NCBI GenBank assembly: GCA_049999805.1 | Contig: JBNGIO010006099.1 | Location: forward strand, 1-62,844 | Source: Folioceros fuciformis | Lineage: Eukaryota | Length of the DNA: 62,844 bases | Direction of reading: 5' to 3' | Part shown: in pieces, positions 12,723 through 25,421 of the stretch | Layout of the letters: each line of letters opens with the position of its first letter | Numbering within the stretch: the stretch's first letter is position 1 | The notes under the pieces: generated by a model | Told to the model about the DNA's origin: nothing | What the model saw: the letters and a program-made list of their open reading frames with translations, nothing else | Database searches by the model: none | Made by a program: the position numbers and the translations under genes

Positions 12723-14600
12723 TGAGGAAGGTGACAATTGTGGCTGTAATTATGGCAGAAGCCCTGACACTGAGCCTCGTTGCCTGCAGACGGTTCTGCG
12801 TGCTTCGAGATGATTTCAGAAGCTTAGAAGAATGCACGTATACACAGCTCAAGACAGATACATGAAGCGCAAATATTGTCTTGTGGCTCCTATCGCTTGA
12901 AGGGAGAACAAGAGAGTTGAACAAGAGAGTTGAACAAGAGAGTTGTGTCTGGTACGGGACTGGAGGCAGATCCGGACTCGGGACCACTCTGCCAGTCGAC
13001 AACTTAAATCAAGAGAACGCCATTCGAAAGGAGGCTACAATGATGATAATGTATGGTATGGTTGAAGTGGACAGAGCTTCCTTATGCTTCCAATCGGAGA
13101 AGCAGACACAAGACAAAGCTCACAAGACTCTATCTGCAAGATCTTGGCACTCCTAAGCCTGGTTCCGAATGGAGGTAGACGGCATGCTTCCGTGGCTATT
13201 TCAACTTGGCTGCACAGTGCGGCAGCAAGCAGAGAGAGGGAAGAGAGATGGAGTTGAGAAAAAACGAGCAACACCATGCCTCTCACGAGTGTGCTGTTGA
13301 ATTGCGTCGGGGCACGAGCTTCCTTCATCAGCTCAGCGGCAGCAAACGCCACTCCGCAAGCCACTTCTAGATCAACCGGAAGAGCTTAGGCGTGTCAAGC
13401 TCACCAGCTTCACACACAGAAAGTGACAGAACAGCAAGGCCTGCTTCAAATACAATCACGGACATGGACAAACACAATTTTGCTGCAAGCGCCTTGAGCA
13501 TTGAGTATGCCATGTCAGGATCTGGGATGTCGCAGGATAATATTCCAACAGACGAAACAAATATCAAAACTCCACATGTGCGATTCCGGCACCACAGCTA
13601 AAACGGTGTCTGCTTTCCGAGGAGTCCATGGCCAGGACTCCGAGTAGCTGCGGTGCCAGAACCTCAGAGGGAGCGGCTTATGGACACCCTCCCGAGCTGT
13701 ACGCTGTATGCAGACGCGGGCGTCGCTACGAGAATAACAACGGATTTCCGGACTACGATTCCCCAGTTTGCGCACAATCTCCATTGTACTGAACGTAGCG
13801 CTCCGGACTCTGGAGTCTGCAACTGACACCTAAAAGAAACCCCTGTCCCTGTCGCCACCAACTGTCGAGAGCTGGACAATGCCTTGATGCGCATCATCAC
13901 TTTGGTCACTGAGATTCTTCACTTCTTGTTAGGTAGTGCATGAACCTGGTCCAAGTTTGCTGTCTCTGGAGAAGCATTCCTTGCATGCTGGCCCTTTCCT
14001 TGAGGCTTGGAGAACTTTTCCTTTGCGCATTTTGAGGAGTCACCTAGCTCCACGCCAAGCGCAAGGTATGGGAGTAGGTGCTATGTTTCTAGTCAGTTTG
14101 ATATTTGATAACATTATTATACGGGTGCCAAACTCTTTTCCAGCTTCACGTTCGCCCAAATCATTTATTAAATTGATTAACGATCTAATTTGACTTTCTC
14201 CTTATCAATGGATGAAGAGAGAGATACTCGTTTCCACTGACTAGAAAAAATGGACTATTGTAACTACTTGCAGGATAGACGGGAGAGACACACACCCGGC
14301 CAAGAGATACAAGATGGCACCTGTCCGGTAGGTCGAAACCGAATGTTAGCTAGATACAAAAGTAGGCCAAGAGGAAATGTAAGAAGGAGACGAAGCGTAA
14401 GAAGAAGAGAGAGGAGTGGATGAGTAAGAAGCGAGGTCACCGACCGATGTTTGTTCGCGGCCGTAGTGTACTGTTTTATTTTGTGGACAATATGACCACC
14501 CTAAACCTCTTGAGGAAAAATGCGGCAACCTACAATGATTTACAACACGGGATGGGGCGATTGCTAGGATGCTTGGAAGGCGACGACGTTGGGATTGGAA

Positions 14601-17006
14601 CTACAAGTCTGATAGCCGTTCATTTTCCCGCCGTAGATGCCGTACCTCCTCCATAAGTTCAGCCTGCAATTCTTGCATGCTTTCCATGGCGGCTTTCATC
14701 TCCAGGTGCTGTATGTGAAACTGACGAAGTAGCTCAAGGTGAAGGTTCTGGACGTCTTCATGAATGGCTTGCTGTACCGCTCCAAGAGATTCATCTAGAG
14801 CTCGTTGCACTAGTTGGAGAGCAAAGGAAGGGGTCTCAGGCTGAGAATGACCTTGGGGTAGAGAGCTAATTGAGGAAACCTGTCCGACTAGAAGCGGAGA
14901 TTGCCGGGGCGAAGTTCCGGCGTCTGCTTTAGTTTCACGTGACAAGTCACTTCCTTTTGCCAAGTCCGCACCCAATTTAGGTTTTCCTCTATCATCCTTG
15001 TTCTGCGACGAGGGAGAGAGAGAGTTAGCAGTAGTCACGCCATCTCCAACCTCGAACGATTTCACTTGCAAGGAATTTGGCTCCAACTTTTTGTCCCCAG
15101 AAGCCAGCTTTCTTGAAGAGACCATGAGCCTGTGCTTTCCCGGTGATCCTACCGAATCAACCGATCGCAACCCGTCGAATCCTGTCGGAGACCCGCTTCC
15201 TGAAGAAAGATGTCTCAGACCTAAAGCTAGCCGAGATGAAGACAAGTCTAGCTGCGAGTTCTGTGCTCCGTTAAGAGAGGCCCAGGGGGGTACACCATTT
15301 GCAGCAGTCGTCCCCAATGAATCGAGCTGAGTAGGGGCTGACTCTCCAGAATTAGCGACTTGAACGGGAGTTGGAGATGCAAACCTTGAAATCAGGTGCC
15401 CTTGAATCGGAGCGGCACGAAACGTACCCCTATCAGCTGGTGCATCCCCTCCCCAAGCCTCTGGAGGAGTAGCTGAAGGCGATCTGGCCAGAAGACCCAT
15501 GAGCATGCCCGTTCCGGGTGACGAGGGGGAAATCTGTGCTGGCGTGCCGTCCTTCTGTGCTGAACGGGGCTCGTCCTTGAGGTCTTCAAAGTTGGAAAGC
15601 CTCCGTATGCCAGGTGATTTCAGTCCCCAAGAAGCCTTCTTCGGCCCATCCCCGGATGATACGTCTTTCCTTATGTCATAGTTCTCATCCCACGAATTGA
15701 GCATGGAGGGCATGATCGGCTGCACATCAACCAGAGGCGAAAACACCTCCATATCATCGTCTCCACCGAAAGCAGATCGAGGGGTCTGTAGTCGTGTCAC
15801 ACTTCCGTTTGTCCACGGCTGGCTTGCCCTAATCCTGTCCACAACTGACCTTCCAGAGACTGCACCTGGCGCAGCTCCTGCACCATCCTCAGCACCCCTT
15901 CCTGCATTTCGGAAACTGGCAGCCGACGTCAGAGAACGTCCTCTTGTGTTAGGCACCGTGGCTGGAAGAGGATCCGGCATGAGAACAGAATCTTCTGTAC
16001 TGACAGATCCAAGCAAAGCGGTATCCAAAGTGCAGTTGGCCTCATTCACAGCAACGGGGTTGCTTCGCTGCCAGCTCAAGCTCGATACAGCCTCGGAGGC
16101 ACCGTATGCTCGAAGGATGGTGAAGGGCTGCAACTTGCCCCTGATATCATAAAACACCACCCGACCACTGTTCGTGCCAGCAGCTAGGACTCCACCATCA
16201 TCTCTGAACGCCAGTGACGAAAACGGTGCTTCACACGGAACACAATGCACAGGCTTCTTCAGTCCAGGGTCAAAAGCATACAGCTTCTTGTCCAAACCAA
16301 CGCTGACAATGAGCTTATCATTGCTCGGCGAGAAGCAAACCCCCGTAGTTGGAGCCAGATGCTGTTTCATCCAAGACATCTTCGGACTCCGACCCGTTGT
16401 ATCCCAGAGGTGAACCGAGCCATCGTCACCTGCTGTCACCAACATGTGCCTGCTAACCCGCGAATACTCCAACACTCTCAGCACCTGGCTGTTCGGATCT
16501 TTGAGTTCAGCTGCGCGGGTGCCTGATGCCAGATTATGCAGAATAAGATCTCCGCTCAAGCTCACAGACGCAAGCTGCTCATCCCTGCAATTATATCCTA
16601 CACCTGTGATAGTCTCCACATGACCTTTCAACCACTTGATGCACCGCTTCCGTTGGAGGTCCCACACTCTCACCACTTTCCCTGAGCCACCTGAACACAT
16701 GTATCTCGAACTCTTGCTGCTGAAACATATGGCCAGAATGGACTCGTCGGCGGCCTCCACAGTGTCTGTATTCAGCTCGGGCATAATGCCGACGGATTGT
16801 CCATCCTTCATCCATAGCGAGATCTTGCGGTCTTCTCCGGCACTGGCAAGCACCAAATTGGTGTGATTCCATCGGACGCAGTTCACCAGCAACCCTGGAG
16901 TCGGCGTGTGCTGGTATGCGCAAGGGTCTCCGCGCTCCACCGACACGTCGAAGAGCTTCACGGTGTCGCCTCCGCACGCCGCGAGCAGGGACTGCGTCTG
17001 CGCCAT
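14601..17006 (-). CDS. NEDD1: NEDD1/GCP-WD gamma-tubulin ring complex targeting factor, single exon
   Basis: N-terminal WD40 propeller ([42 protein letters not shown]) and C-terminal coiled coil [19 protein letters not shown]. First ATG at 17006. Confidence 0.95.
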   Translation of the reverse strand: MAQTQSLLAACGGDTVKLFDVSVERGDPCAYQHTPTPGLLVNCVRWNHTNLVLASAGEDRKISLWMKDGQSVGIMPELNTDTVEAADESILAICFSSKSSRYMCSGGSGKVVRVWDLQRKRCIKWLKGHVETITGVGYNCRDEQLASVSLSGDLILHNLASGTRAAELKDPNSQVLRVLEYSRVSRHMLVTAGDDGSVHLWDTTGRSPKMSWMKQHLAPTTGVCFSPSNDKLIVSVGLDKKLYAFDPGLKKPVHCVPCEAPFSSLAFRDDGGVLAAGTNSGRVVFYDIRGKLQPFTILRAYGASEAVSSLSWQRSNPVAVNEANCTLDTALLGSVSTEDSVLMPDPLPATVPNTRGRSLTSAASFRNAGRGAEDGAGAAPGAVSGRSVVDRIRASQPWTNGSVTRLQTPRSAFGGDDDMEVFSPLVDVQPIMPSMLNSWDENYDIRKDVSSGDGPKKASWGLKSPGIRRLSNFEDLKDEPRSAQKDGTPAQISPSSPGTGMLMGLLARSPSATPPEAWGGDAPADRGTFRAAPIQGHLISRFASPTPVQVANSGESAPTQLDSLGTTAANGVPPWASLNGAQNSQLDLSSSRLALGLRHLSSGSGSPTGFDGLRSVDSVGSPGKHRLMVSSRKLASGDKKLEPNSLQVKSFEVGDGVTTANSLSPSSQNKDDRGKPKLGADLAKGSDLSRETKADAGTSPRQSPLLVGQVSSISSLPQGHSQPETPSFALQLVQRALDESLGAVQQAIHEDVQNLHLELLRQFHIQHLEMKAAMESMQELQAELMEEVRHLRRENERLSDL

Positions 17007-17058
17007 GGCCGAGGCGTGGTACTTTTCGCCCCTTTCCTCAAACGGAAGTTTCCCTCGC

Positions 17059-17076
17059 AAACCCTAAACCCTAAAA
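17059..17076 (+). promoter_or_regulatory. Telo-box (AAACCCTAAACCCTAAAA) between divergent NEDD1 and RPL36A
   Basis: Two overlapping AAACCCTA motifs; telo-boxes are typical of plant ribosomal-protein and cell-cycle gene promoters. Confidence 0.65.
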
Positions 17077-17183
17077 CTGGTCGNNNNNNNNNNNNNNNNN
17101 NNNNNNNNNNNNNNNNNNNNNNNNNNNNNNNNNNNNNNNNNNNNNNNNNNNNNNNNNNNNNNNNNNNNNNNNNNNNNNNNNNN

Positions 17184-17749
17184 AGCATACGCTGCACAAG
17201 GTGACGCAGTACAAGAAGGGCAAGGACTCGCTTTACGTGCAGGGTACGTGCGGGAGCTCGGAGCTCTGTTCTTGGGGTTTGCGGGGGTGGTTTGTTGTTG
17301 CGCGATGTGTTTCAGATGGTGGGTGGTGTGGTGCAGGAAAGAGGCGTTACGACCGGAAGCAGTCTGGATATGGCGGTCAGACGAAGCCTGTCTTCCACAA
17401 GAAGGTATGTTCGGCTGGCATGGTGTTTTGGAGAGGGCCGCTGTTTCCCTAGTCTAAGTTTTCCAGCCCGACGGTGGGTTTGTGACGATTACTCTGTGTA
17501 GGCTAAAACCACGAAGAAGATTGTCCTGAGGTTGCAGTGCCAGACCTGCAAGCACGTAACGCAGCATCCCATCAAGGTAGCCATCGCTTCGTGTTCTCCT
17601 TCTTTGTGCCATGCGTGCTTGTTCCTGGAACGGTTTTGCGGGATTTCGTGCTGAGCACCTAACCGTGCTCCTCACTGGCCCTTTTGCAGCGTTGCAAGCA
17701 CTTCGAAATCGGTGGAGATAAGAAGGGCAAGGGCACATCCCTCTTCTAG
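17184..17749 (+). CDS. RPL36A: 60S ribosomal protein eL42 (L36a/L44); 5' end lost in the N-gap
   Basis: Exons [20 protein letters not shown] | [22 protein letters not shown] | [25 protein letters not shown] | [19 protein letters not shown]. Confidence 0.97.
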
Positions 17750-18381
17750 GTGTCTGTAGAATTGCGGGATTCATTTTTGAGCGCTTGTATCCGTCGGCAC
17801 GTCACGTTGTGCTGCTGATGGTGACGATGAGAGATGTGGCTGAGCCTTTGCTCAGTCTCCGGAAGTGTTGTGGATTTATGGGCTAATGTGCGGCCAGGTT
17901 CACACTCAATCCTGGCTGCAACGGTAGTAAAGAGCCAATTTCTTATCGCTTAAGTCTGGTGTATTCCTTTACTGCGTGCAGTTCGCATGGCCAATGGTCT
18001 GATTTGCACGATTGCCAGTCGTACTCTTGCATCTCACGCCGTGATATGTCATTGCCTCTTTCCTTCCTTCGGGCAGAATCTTTTTACGCGCCATAGGTTA
18101 TGTGAAATGTCTGGAACGCGTTATTTCAGATCTGGCGATAGCAAAGCGTCGTTATACCAGGTCTGTTGTTGCAGATGACATCGTTCGCAAACCTTCTTTT
18201 GTGTTTGGTGGGGTGACGCTAAACACTTGAGGTTGATCGTGGCAGAACCCGTTCACATTCTTGGTAAGTCTGTGAAGAAGCTGTCTAATTGGCTCGTAAC
18301 CACTCTGATTACTTGGCTGGTTGTACGTCCAACCCCCACTTTTTACATGTATGTTGTCACGTTGAAGCTGAAACTTGAAGG

Positions 18382-18630
18382 CATTATAGAAAACAAAGAG
18401 ATTCAAGACATTATAGAAAACAAAGAGATTGGAAGTTCCATCTACCTCGGGACAGAAGTTCCATCTATCGGTGATAAGATAAGAGACAGAAGTATAAGAT
18501 AAGAGACAGAAGTATCCATGACAAGGGGAACAACCTGCAATGGGGAAAAGCAAGAACAACCTGCAATGGGGAAANNNNNNNNNNTGCAATGGGGAAAAGC
18601 AAGAACAACCTGCAATGGGGAAAAGCAAGA
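18382..18630. repeat. Cluster of short direct repeats (CATTATAGAAAACAAAGAGATT x2; GATAAGAGACAGAAGTAT x2; CAAGAACAACCTGCAATGGGGAAAAG x3-4 spanning a 10-N gap)
   Basis: Read directly; probably the 3' UTR of the adjacent retroelement. Confidence 0.75.
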
Positions 18631-18688
18631 ATGGGCCCTAACCCCCTTGTCTGGGCCCTAACTCTTTGTCCACGTAGCCTGTAACTTC

Positions 18689-19110
18689 CTATTCAGGGAT
18701 CCCTAAGATGTCACATTCAGGGATAAGGTATGGCTTACTTACTTTTGGGGCCATTGATGTTGTCCGAAAAAATCGCATTTGCCAAGGCTTTTTGTAGCGC
18801 AATCGAAACCTTACCCATGGCCCCATGTATTGAAAGGGGATGAGCAAGTGACCCGAATGCATAGGCTTGTACTTGCAAGTCTTCCTTGTCGCACTTCCTT
18901 CTGCCGCCCAACCCCCGGGTTGGGCGTTGATAACGACATGCTCACCGATGGCTGTCCAAGTGGGGTCTATGACTACCACATCTGCTATAGAAACTTGGTC
19001 TCTCTTGGTCAGGAAAAGGTTTGTAGCTCTCATGTTGAAGTAGGGCATCGTTGTTGTACCTAAATGGGAGTGGGTCTTTCCCATCTCCTTTGTGCATCAA
19101 ATAAAAACAA
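18689..19110 (-). mobile_element. Degenerate non-LTR retrotransposon C-terminus with a restriction-like endonuclease (CRE/R2-like)
   Basis: A Zn-knuckle remnant (CTKEMGKTHSH) is followed by SIADVVVIDPT...AA...RKTCKY...LIPF, the usual REL-domain pattern. The region is frameshifted. Confidence 0.55.
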
Positions 19111-19775
19111 ATTGATTTAGGGTGAAAAAGAGGGCTCAAAACCCTAAACCTTGAAGTTTAAAAGTGAAGTAGGATCCTCGGCTTGGTACTCTACTCTGGG
19201 TTTTTGGGATGTTGGATGGAATATGAAACCTTAATTGGGACGTCTTGATGAAACAAAATGTCTATTCTGTCTGGAATAATGAAACCTTAACTCAATGCAC
19301 AAATAGGATTTTCATTGAACTCTAAACCTTAACTCAATCGAACAAGATTTTAAGTAAACTTGGTTTCTTCCATTTCTTGATTTGCAAGAGGAATGGATTT
19401 GTGGTGCACTCCACATGTGTTGGTAGTTCTTTCTCCTTCTTTCGAGCACACACCCGTATAGAGGGGTCAATTTGGTTTTATGATAATTTATCACATTTTG
19501 AATTATCTATAATGAGAAAAAGAGGGAAGATAGCGGGGCGAAAAGAAAACAAGACTTGCCCTATCTTTATATATGTCTGCACAGTGTGTATATCCTGATG
19601 AGCAAAATCATGAACTGGTTATGAAATAAAAGTATGCTAACTAAAACCATGTATGGTAGACAAACTCAGTAGATCCAACTTTTTAATTTAGATGATGTGA
19701 TTTCTTACCTCCTCTTACATAAGAGATGTTGGATCTTGTTTTAAGCTGATTCCATTTCTTAAGAAGACATTCAAA

Positions 19776-20216
19776 ATGTGGCAATATGGTTTAAGGGCCT
19801 TGAAATGGTTTGCACTCTTTACAGCAGGACTTGCTTATGTCAATGTGGGTGATGAGATGAATATTTATCTTGATCTGTTAGATGACAAACGACATAGAGC
19901 TACTCCTCAGAAGAGAAGAGTTGAAATTTCATCGAAGGACAATGTACTTGGAGTTGCATCTCATAAGAAGAGAGTTACATTTTCATTTCAGCACAATGTG
20001 TATTGGATGTCACCGAATGTCCCAATGCCTTCATTGGATCAACGAATACCTCCAAGAGCTAAGCCAAGAGGAAGTGCAATGAAGCAGGGCGTACCACCAG
20101 GTCCCATAGATGAGACATTTGTAATGCCTTGTCAGTGTGATCAATGTAGATTGAAGAGGCGTAAGAGGAGACATCTAGCAAGAGCTATGAAGAAGTCAAC
20201 TCTCCAAGAGGCGTAA
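19776..20216 (+). other. 146-aa ORF of unknown function in an AT-rich TE-like segment
   Basis: ATG-initiated ORF with CQCDQC and a basic KRRKRR patch; no recognisable family. Confidence 0.25.
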
Positions 20217-20308
20217 GAGGAGACATCTCGCAAGAGCTGTGAAGAAGTCAACTCTCCAAGAGGCGTAAGAGGAGACATCTCGCAAGAGCTATGAAGAAGT
20301 CAACTCTC
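20154..20308. repeat. 52-bp tandem repeat x3
   Basis: AAGAGGCGTAAGAGGAGACATCT.GCAAGAGCT.TGAAGAAGTCAACTCTC at 20154, 20206 and 20258. Confidence 0.9.
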
Positions 20309-21865
20309 TTTCGATTCTTTGGAAGATGGATGAAGTAGAAAGGAGAACTCATGTGGAATGTTGCTAGAGCTTTGAAGAAGTTGACTCTGTTTTGATTCTT
20401 TGGAGGATAGATGAAGGAGAAAGGAGAACTCATTGTGATAGTGTTGTAGATGTTTACAAGGTGTTTTGTTGGGTAGCGTGTATGGAACACCTTGCGTGTA
20501 TGAGTATTGTGCATTAACGCTTGCAAGCTCCTGATCGGTTCTTCCTGCACACAACAAAGCGGAACCCATTCTTGAGAGAGGATGTGCTTATGTTGTGGGG
20601 AGAGGATGTTAGCTGAAATCATTTGAGTATGGTGGAGCAATGTATGTCGTACGCATGATCAATCCCTTGGTGTGTGTGTGTACGGGGAAAGACGAAATCG
20701 ACAGGAAAAGTATAGGATGACTGACCGGACTGGTAGCTCATCCAGTCGAAGTGCGGGTATGTTCTCATCCAGGATGCTACGGACCCCGTGGGGCCGAATC
20801 ATTCCATGTGGGGTAGACATGGTGGTGCCGACCGGACCTGGCTGTGCCCTTCTCGAGTTGCCTTCGTCTTGGGGCCTGCGACCAGATACCACCACAAGGA
20901 CCTGGAGGGGACAGCTGTTTTTGAAGCTTTGGGTCATGCAGACAGCACAAGCAAGCTCACGGCGGGCACTACTAGCAGTGGCTTTGGAACCCTGCTTGCC
21001 TTCCGTGAACCGTAGGCGGCGCAGAGTTGCAGTGGGCAGCTTTTGTTGCCTCAAACGGGTCACGTTGTCCTGTTCAGAACCCTCTAATTGCTGTTTCCAC
21101 TCGATCGCACCAACTGTAGCTTGTCCGTCCTGTTGCATGGGCAAGGGCTATGAGTACGTGCAGATCCTTTTGTTTACAATGGAACGCCGGCCTAAGTGGA
21201 CTGCAGGAGAAAGTCTCCAGCCGTTCCATGGCTTCCCCTCGCCCCCTGTTGGTGACGCTTTCAAGTTGCGGGATAGTTTTAGTCTGATGGGCTAGCCGCG
21301 GTTGTTGACTGCTGCACGTAGATGCGGATGGATCAACGTGACTCACGCTCGCAGCACGGCAAGTGTGACAGCCCACCATATAAAACGATGGACCAGGAGC
21401 TTTCTTCCACCTGGCCAATGCAGGGGTCTCTCAAAGTACAAGATTTTCAAGCGCCAGCAATCACAGGGGCGGCCATAGGAAGTATTTACCGCTGTCAGCA
21501 ACGAATGCTAAAATTATCCCAAGTGAGACCACTGACGCGCTGTACCCACAGAGCATGTACATTCCCCAATTGGCCAAGTACATCAAATACTCGTCAACGT
21601 GCTGGTGGAGACTGGCGGGGGATACGGCACCTGGATCGGCTCGTGGTTACCTGCCCCCTCACGAGTTGGGTGTCTCGGATAATTGATCTGAAAGAGTGCG
21701 AAGAGACTGGTCCCCTGGACGCCAGCCCAGGCCTCTCTCCGCGGGAGCCTTCCGTAATCCAAGGATAGCTTAGGAACGTGGAGGGAGAAGATCGCGGTCT
21801 AGGATACCTTACATCTCTTTGCGCTTTGATGCTAAATTTTGTGTGAGAGCATTCGGTGGGTGTTC

Positions 21866-24800
21866 ATGGCGCTGCAGCTTTCTGCTTCGACAGTTGGGAT
21901 CTGGGAGACGCGGCATGGTCTCGTTACCCCTGCCCCCGGCCAGCTCACGGGGACTTGGAGGGTGCGGGGCAGGGAGGTGGGATTCTCGGGCAGGCAGAGG
22001 AGTCCGACCCGGGTAGCCCGGTCCAGGAAGTCGAAGGTGGTGTGGGTCTCGGCGTCCGTGGCTGAGCGCACGGCTGTAACCCCCTCCAAAACGACCACGC
22101 CGGGGTTCCTCACGTGGAGAGTGTCCATCTCCGCCGTCAAGCCCAAAAGGCCGAACCCCGTGGGCGAAATGCTGCTGGCCCTGGAGGATTCCGTGCTCAA
22201 GAGGCGCATCGAGGTGGCCTTCATCAGCGAGGACGTCGATCCCGGTAACTGTGTTGACCAGGGGTGCAGCATTTCTGAGACTCCTGCTTGAACCAATCCA
22301 GTGCCATGACCTGGATCTTTCAGCCACCGGGACCGGGAGGAGGAGCGTGGCTCGCCCAGTCACGAATTTCTGGGAGAAGACCTTCGTGGGTGGCAAGGTG
22401 GAGTACAACGCTGACGTGACGGTGGACGAGGATTTCGGGGTGCCAGGGGCGATCAGCCTGCTCAACAAGCATTCGTCGGAATTCTTCGTGGCCTCAGTGA
22501 GCCTCACGCCCAGATCGCCGCTGGCCAAGCCCATCTACTTCAGCGCGCAGTCGCACATTCACAGCACCAAGGACTGCCCCGATTCCCGGATCATCTTCTC
22601 AAACAAGGTTCGGTTTGCTAGCTCACGGCGTCTTGCGTGCCTGGAAACGATTATCGTTGGGTAGCCAGGATTTCCATGATTTCATCCTGAGCGCGCTGGT
22701 GGGTGCAGCCGTGCCTTCCTCAGGACACGCCGGCTGGGCTGGTGGCGGAGCGGGAGGAGGAGCTCAGCGTGCTCAGAGGGGATGGCACCGGAGAGCGCAA
22801 GTACTGGGAGCGCGTTTACGACTACGATACGTACAACGATCTGGGGAATGTGGATTTCGATGCCCAGCTCAAGAGGCCGGTGCTGGGGAACGAGCATTTG
22901 CCGTATCCCAGGAGGATGAGGACCGGGCGCCGGCCATCTAAAGGAGGTGAGATTTGGAGTGAGAATCTCGTGGGCTGGAGCACTGGCACTTGCACTTGCA
23001 CGATCGGACTGGGTGTGTTTCTGAAATAGGCGTCCGTGGGGGCCTCTCTGCAGATCCGTCTCAGGAGAGCCAGACGATAGGCATCACAAGAAACTACGTT
23101 CCCAGAGACGAGAAATTTGAGGAGGTGAAGGGGTTCGAGTTCGTTGCGAATGCCCTGAGAGGAGTGTTTCTGGCTATTATTCCGGCGGTACAGACCGCGC
23201 TGACAGACACGCCCACCGAGTTCGACAGGCTGGATGATGTTGACAACCTGTACATATCCGACGATAGTGTGCCCAAGACCCTCCTCAACAGGATTGCCAA
23301 GTGGACTGGCTATTGGACCAAGTATCCGACTCCGCAGCTGCTAGTGGGTGAGTGGTAGCGTGGTGGATGGACTGCGGGGGCGGTTTTGCGGGTTGCGGTG
23401 ACTCGGAGCTGGGATTTGGTGCAGCTCATGGCTTAATGCTTTGCTTTGTCTTTGAATCGGTGGGTATGCGCAGGAGATAAGTTAAGGTGGACCAGAGACG
23501 ACGAGTTTGGGAGGCAGATTTTGGCAGGGATGAATCCTGTGGTTGTGCAACGGCTCAAGGTATGGTGTGGCTTTGATTTTGGCGGCTGATGGTCTAAGCT
23601 TGGGTGGGCGCTGCATCAATGTGTGACTGACAGTCAGCGTTGTTGGATTATGGTTTTAAATCAGACGTTTCCGCACAAGAGTTCCCTGGACGAGGCTGAG
23701 TATGGGCCCAGGACGTCTACCATCACGGCCGAGCACTTGGAGAAAAACCTTCAAGGCCTAACAGTGGAGCAGGTACTACTACACTACTGCATTTAGTTGC
23801 TTGGAAGCGTGGTCGACAAGCTAGACACAAATGCAGCAGCCCGAACCCAATCTAACCCAAGGATTAAGACCGATGCTGATGGGATTGAGGTTTGCAGGCT
23901 TTGGAGCAGAACAGGCTGTACTTCGTGGACTACCACGACGACGTCCTACCGTTTGTGAACACCTTTAGCAGTATGGGGGACGGGAGGAAAGTATACGCGC
24001 CCCTGGTTATCCTCTTCTACACTTTGGAGGGTGCCTTCAAACCTGTGGCCATCGAGCTCAGTCTTCCGCCTCCAGAGGCTGGGGGAAAGGGGGTAAAGAG
24101 GGTATTCACCCCTGGAACGGAGGCAACCAGCTCCTGGCTATGGCTGTTTGCCAAGATCCACTTTTCCACCATCGACTTGGCTTTACACGAATTGTACAGC
24201 CACTGGTGAGGTCATCGGCCACATTGTCTGGATGCATGACATTGTGTACTGCAACTTGTGCTGTGCATTGTGCTCACGGAAAGGGAGGACGTGCTTTGCG
24301 ATGGCTGCAGGGTCAGATCCCACGCTGTGACGGAGCCTTACATCATCGCCACTAACAGGCACTTGAGCACCATGCACCCCGTGTACAAGCTCCTTCGCCC
24401 TCATTTCCGCTACACCATTGAGATGAACAGCATCGGGAGGAAGACGCTGATTGCATCTGGCGGCATCATCGAGCGGTGCGTCTTTACGGGCAAGTACTCC
24501 ATGGAAATCGGCGCCCTCTTGTACGGGAAGAAATGGAGGTTCGACCTGGAGAACTTACCTGCCGATCTCGTGGCCAGGTATGCCGCCCTGGGCCAGCAGT
24601 TGCGTCCTTGCTCTTGCACTTGATTGCTGCTCACCTATTCTGTCTCGTCCTCCCCTGGTCGGGTGTGCAGAGGTATGGCCGAGTGGGATCCCCTGGCTCC
24701 TCAAGGCGTGAAGTTGCTGCTGGAAGACTACCCTTTTGGAGCAGATGCGCTGCTCCTGTGGGGGGCCATCAAAGAGTTCGTGCAGGAGTACGTCTTCCTC

Positions 24801-25421
24801 TACTATCCCGACAGTGCAAAGGTGCGAAGCGATTTCGAGCTGCAAGCGTGGTGGGAGGAGATCAGAATGGTGGGGCACGCCGACAAGGCACACGAGCCTT
24901 GGTGGCCTGAGCTCAACACCGAAGACGACCTCGTGAACGTGCTTTCCACCATCATCTGGGTGTGCTCCGCCCACCATGCATCAGTGAACTTCGGGCAGTA
25001 CACTTATGGAGGATTTATGCCCAACAGGCCCTGCAACGCAAGACGATACATCCCACAAGTGGGAGAACCCGAATGGGAGGAATTTTTGGCACACCCGGAC
25101 AAATTCCTGCTCAGCATGCTGCCGGACCAACCAGAATCTACGGTCCAGATGTTGGTGACGGCGGCTCTAGCGACCCATGCCGGAGATGAAGAGTATTTGG
25201 GCTTCAGACGTGAGCACTGGACAGGTGACGAAAAGGCCATCAAGGTCGGCAACAAATTCGCACAGGCCTTACAGACCATCCAAGAAGTCTTCGAACGAAG
25301 AAACCAAAATCCCAAAAATAAATTGCGGTTTGGAGCTGGCGTCATTCCCTACACACTACTCTATCCTAAATCGAACGCCGGTTGTACAGGCAAAGGTATA
25401 CCCAACAGCATTTCCGTTTAG
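21866..25421 (+). CDS. LOX: Lipoxygenase with a putative plastid transit peptide, multi-exon
   Basis: PLAT domain (FGVPGAI), [40 protein letters not shown], Fe ligands in HELYSHWVRSH and [12 protein letters not shown], and the C-terminus GIPNSISV*. Confidence 0.96.

Noticed and set aside
12760-14400. Gene or miRNA (TGACAGAA, GAAGAGAGAG look-alikes) upstream of the aminotransferase
   Set aside because: Only short partial matches to miR156/miR529, no convincing fold-back, and the ORFs lack motifs.
17059-17076. Interstitial telomere
   Set aside because: Only two units in a promoter position, better explained as a telo-box.
20659-21768. 207-, 161- and 148-aa ORFs upstream of LOX
   Set aside because: Overlapping on both strands with no family signal; treated as intergenic or promoter sequence.
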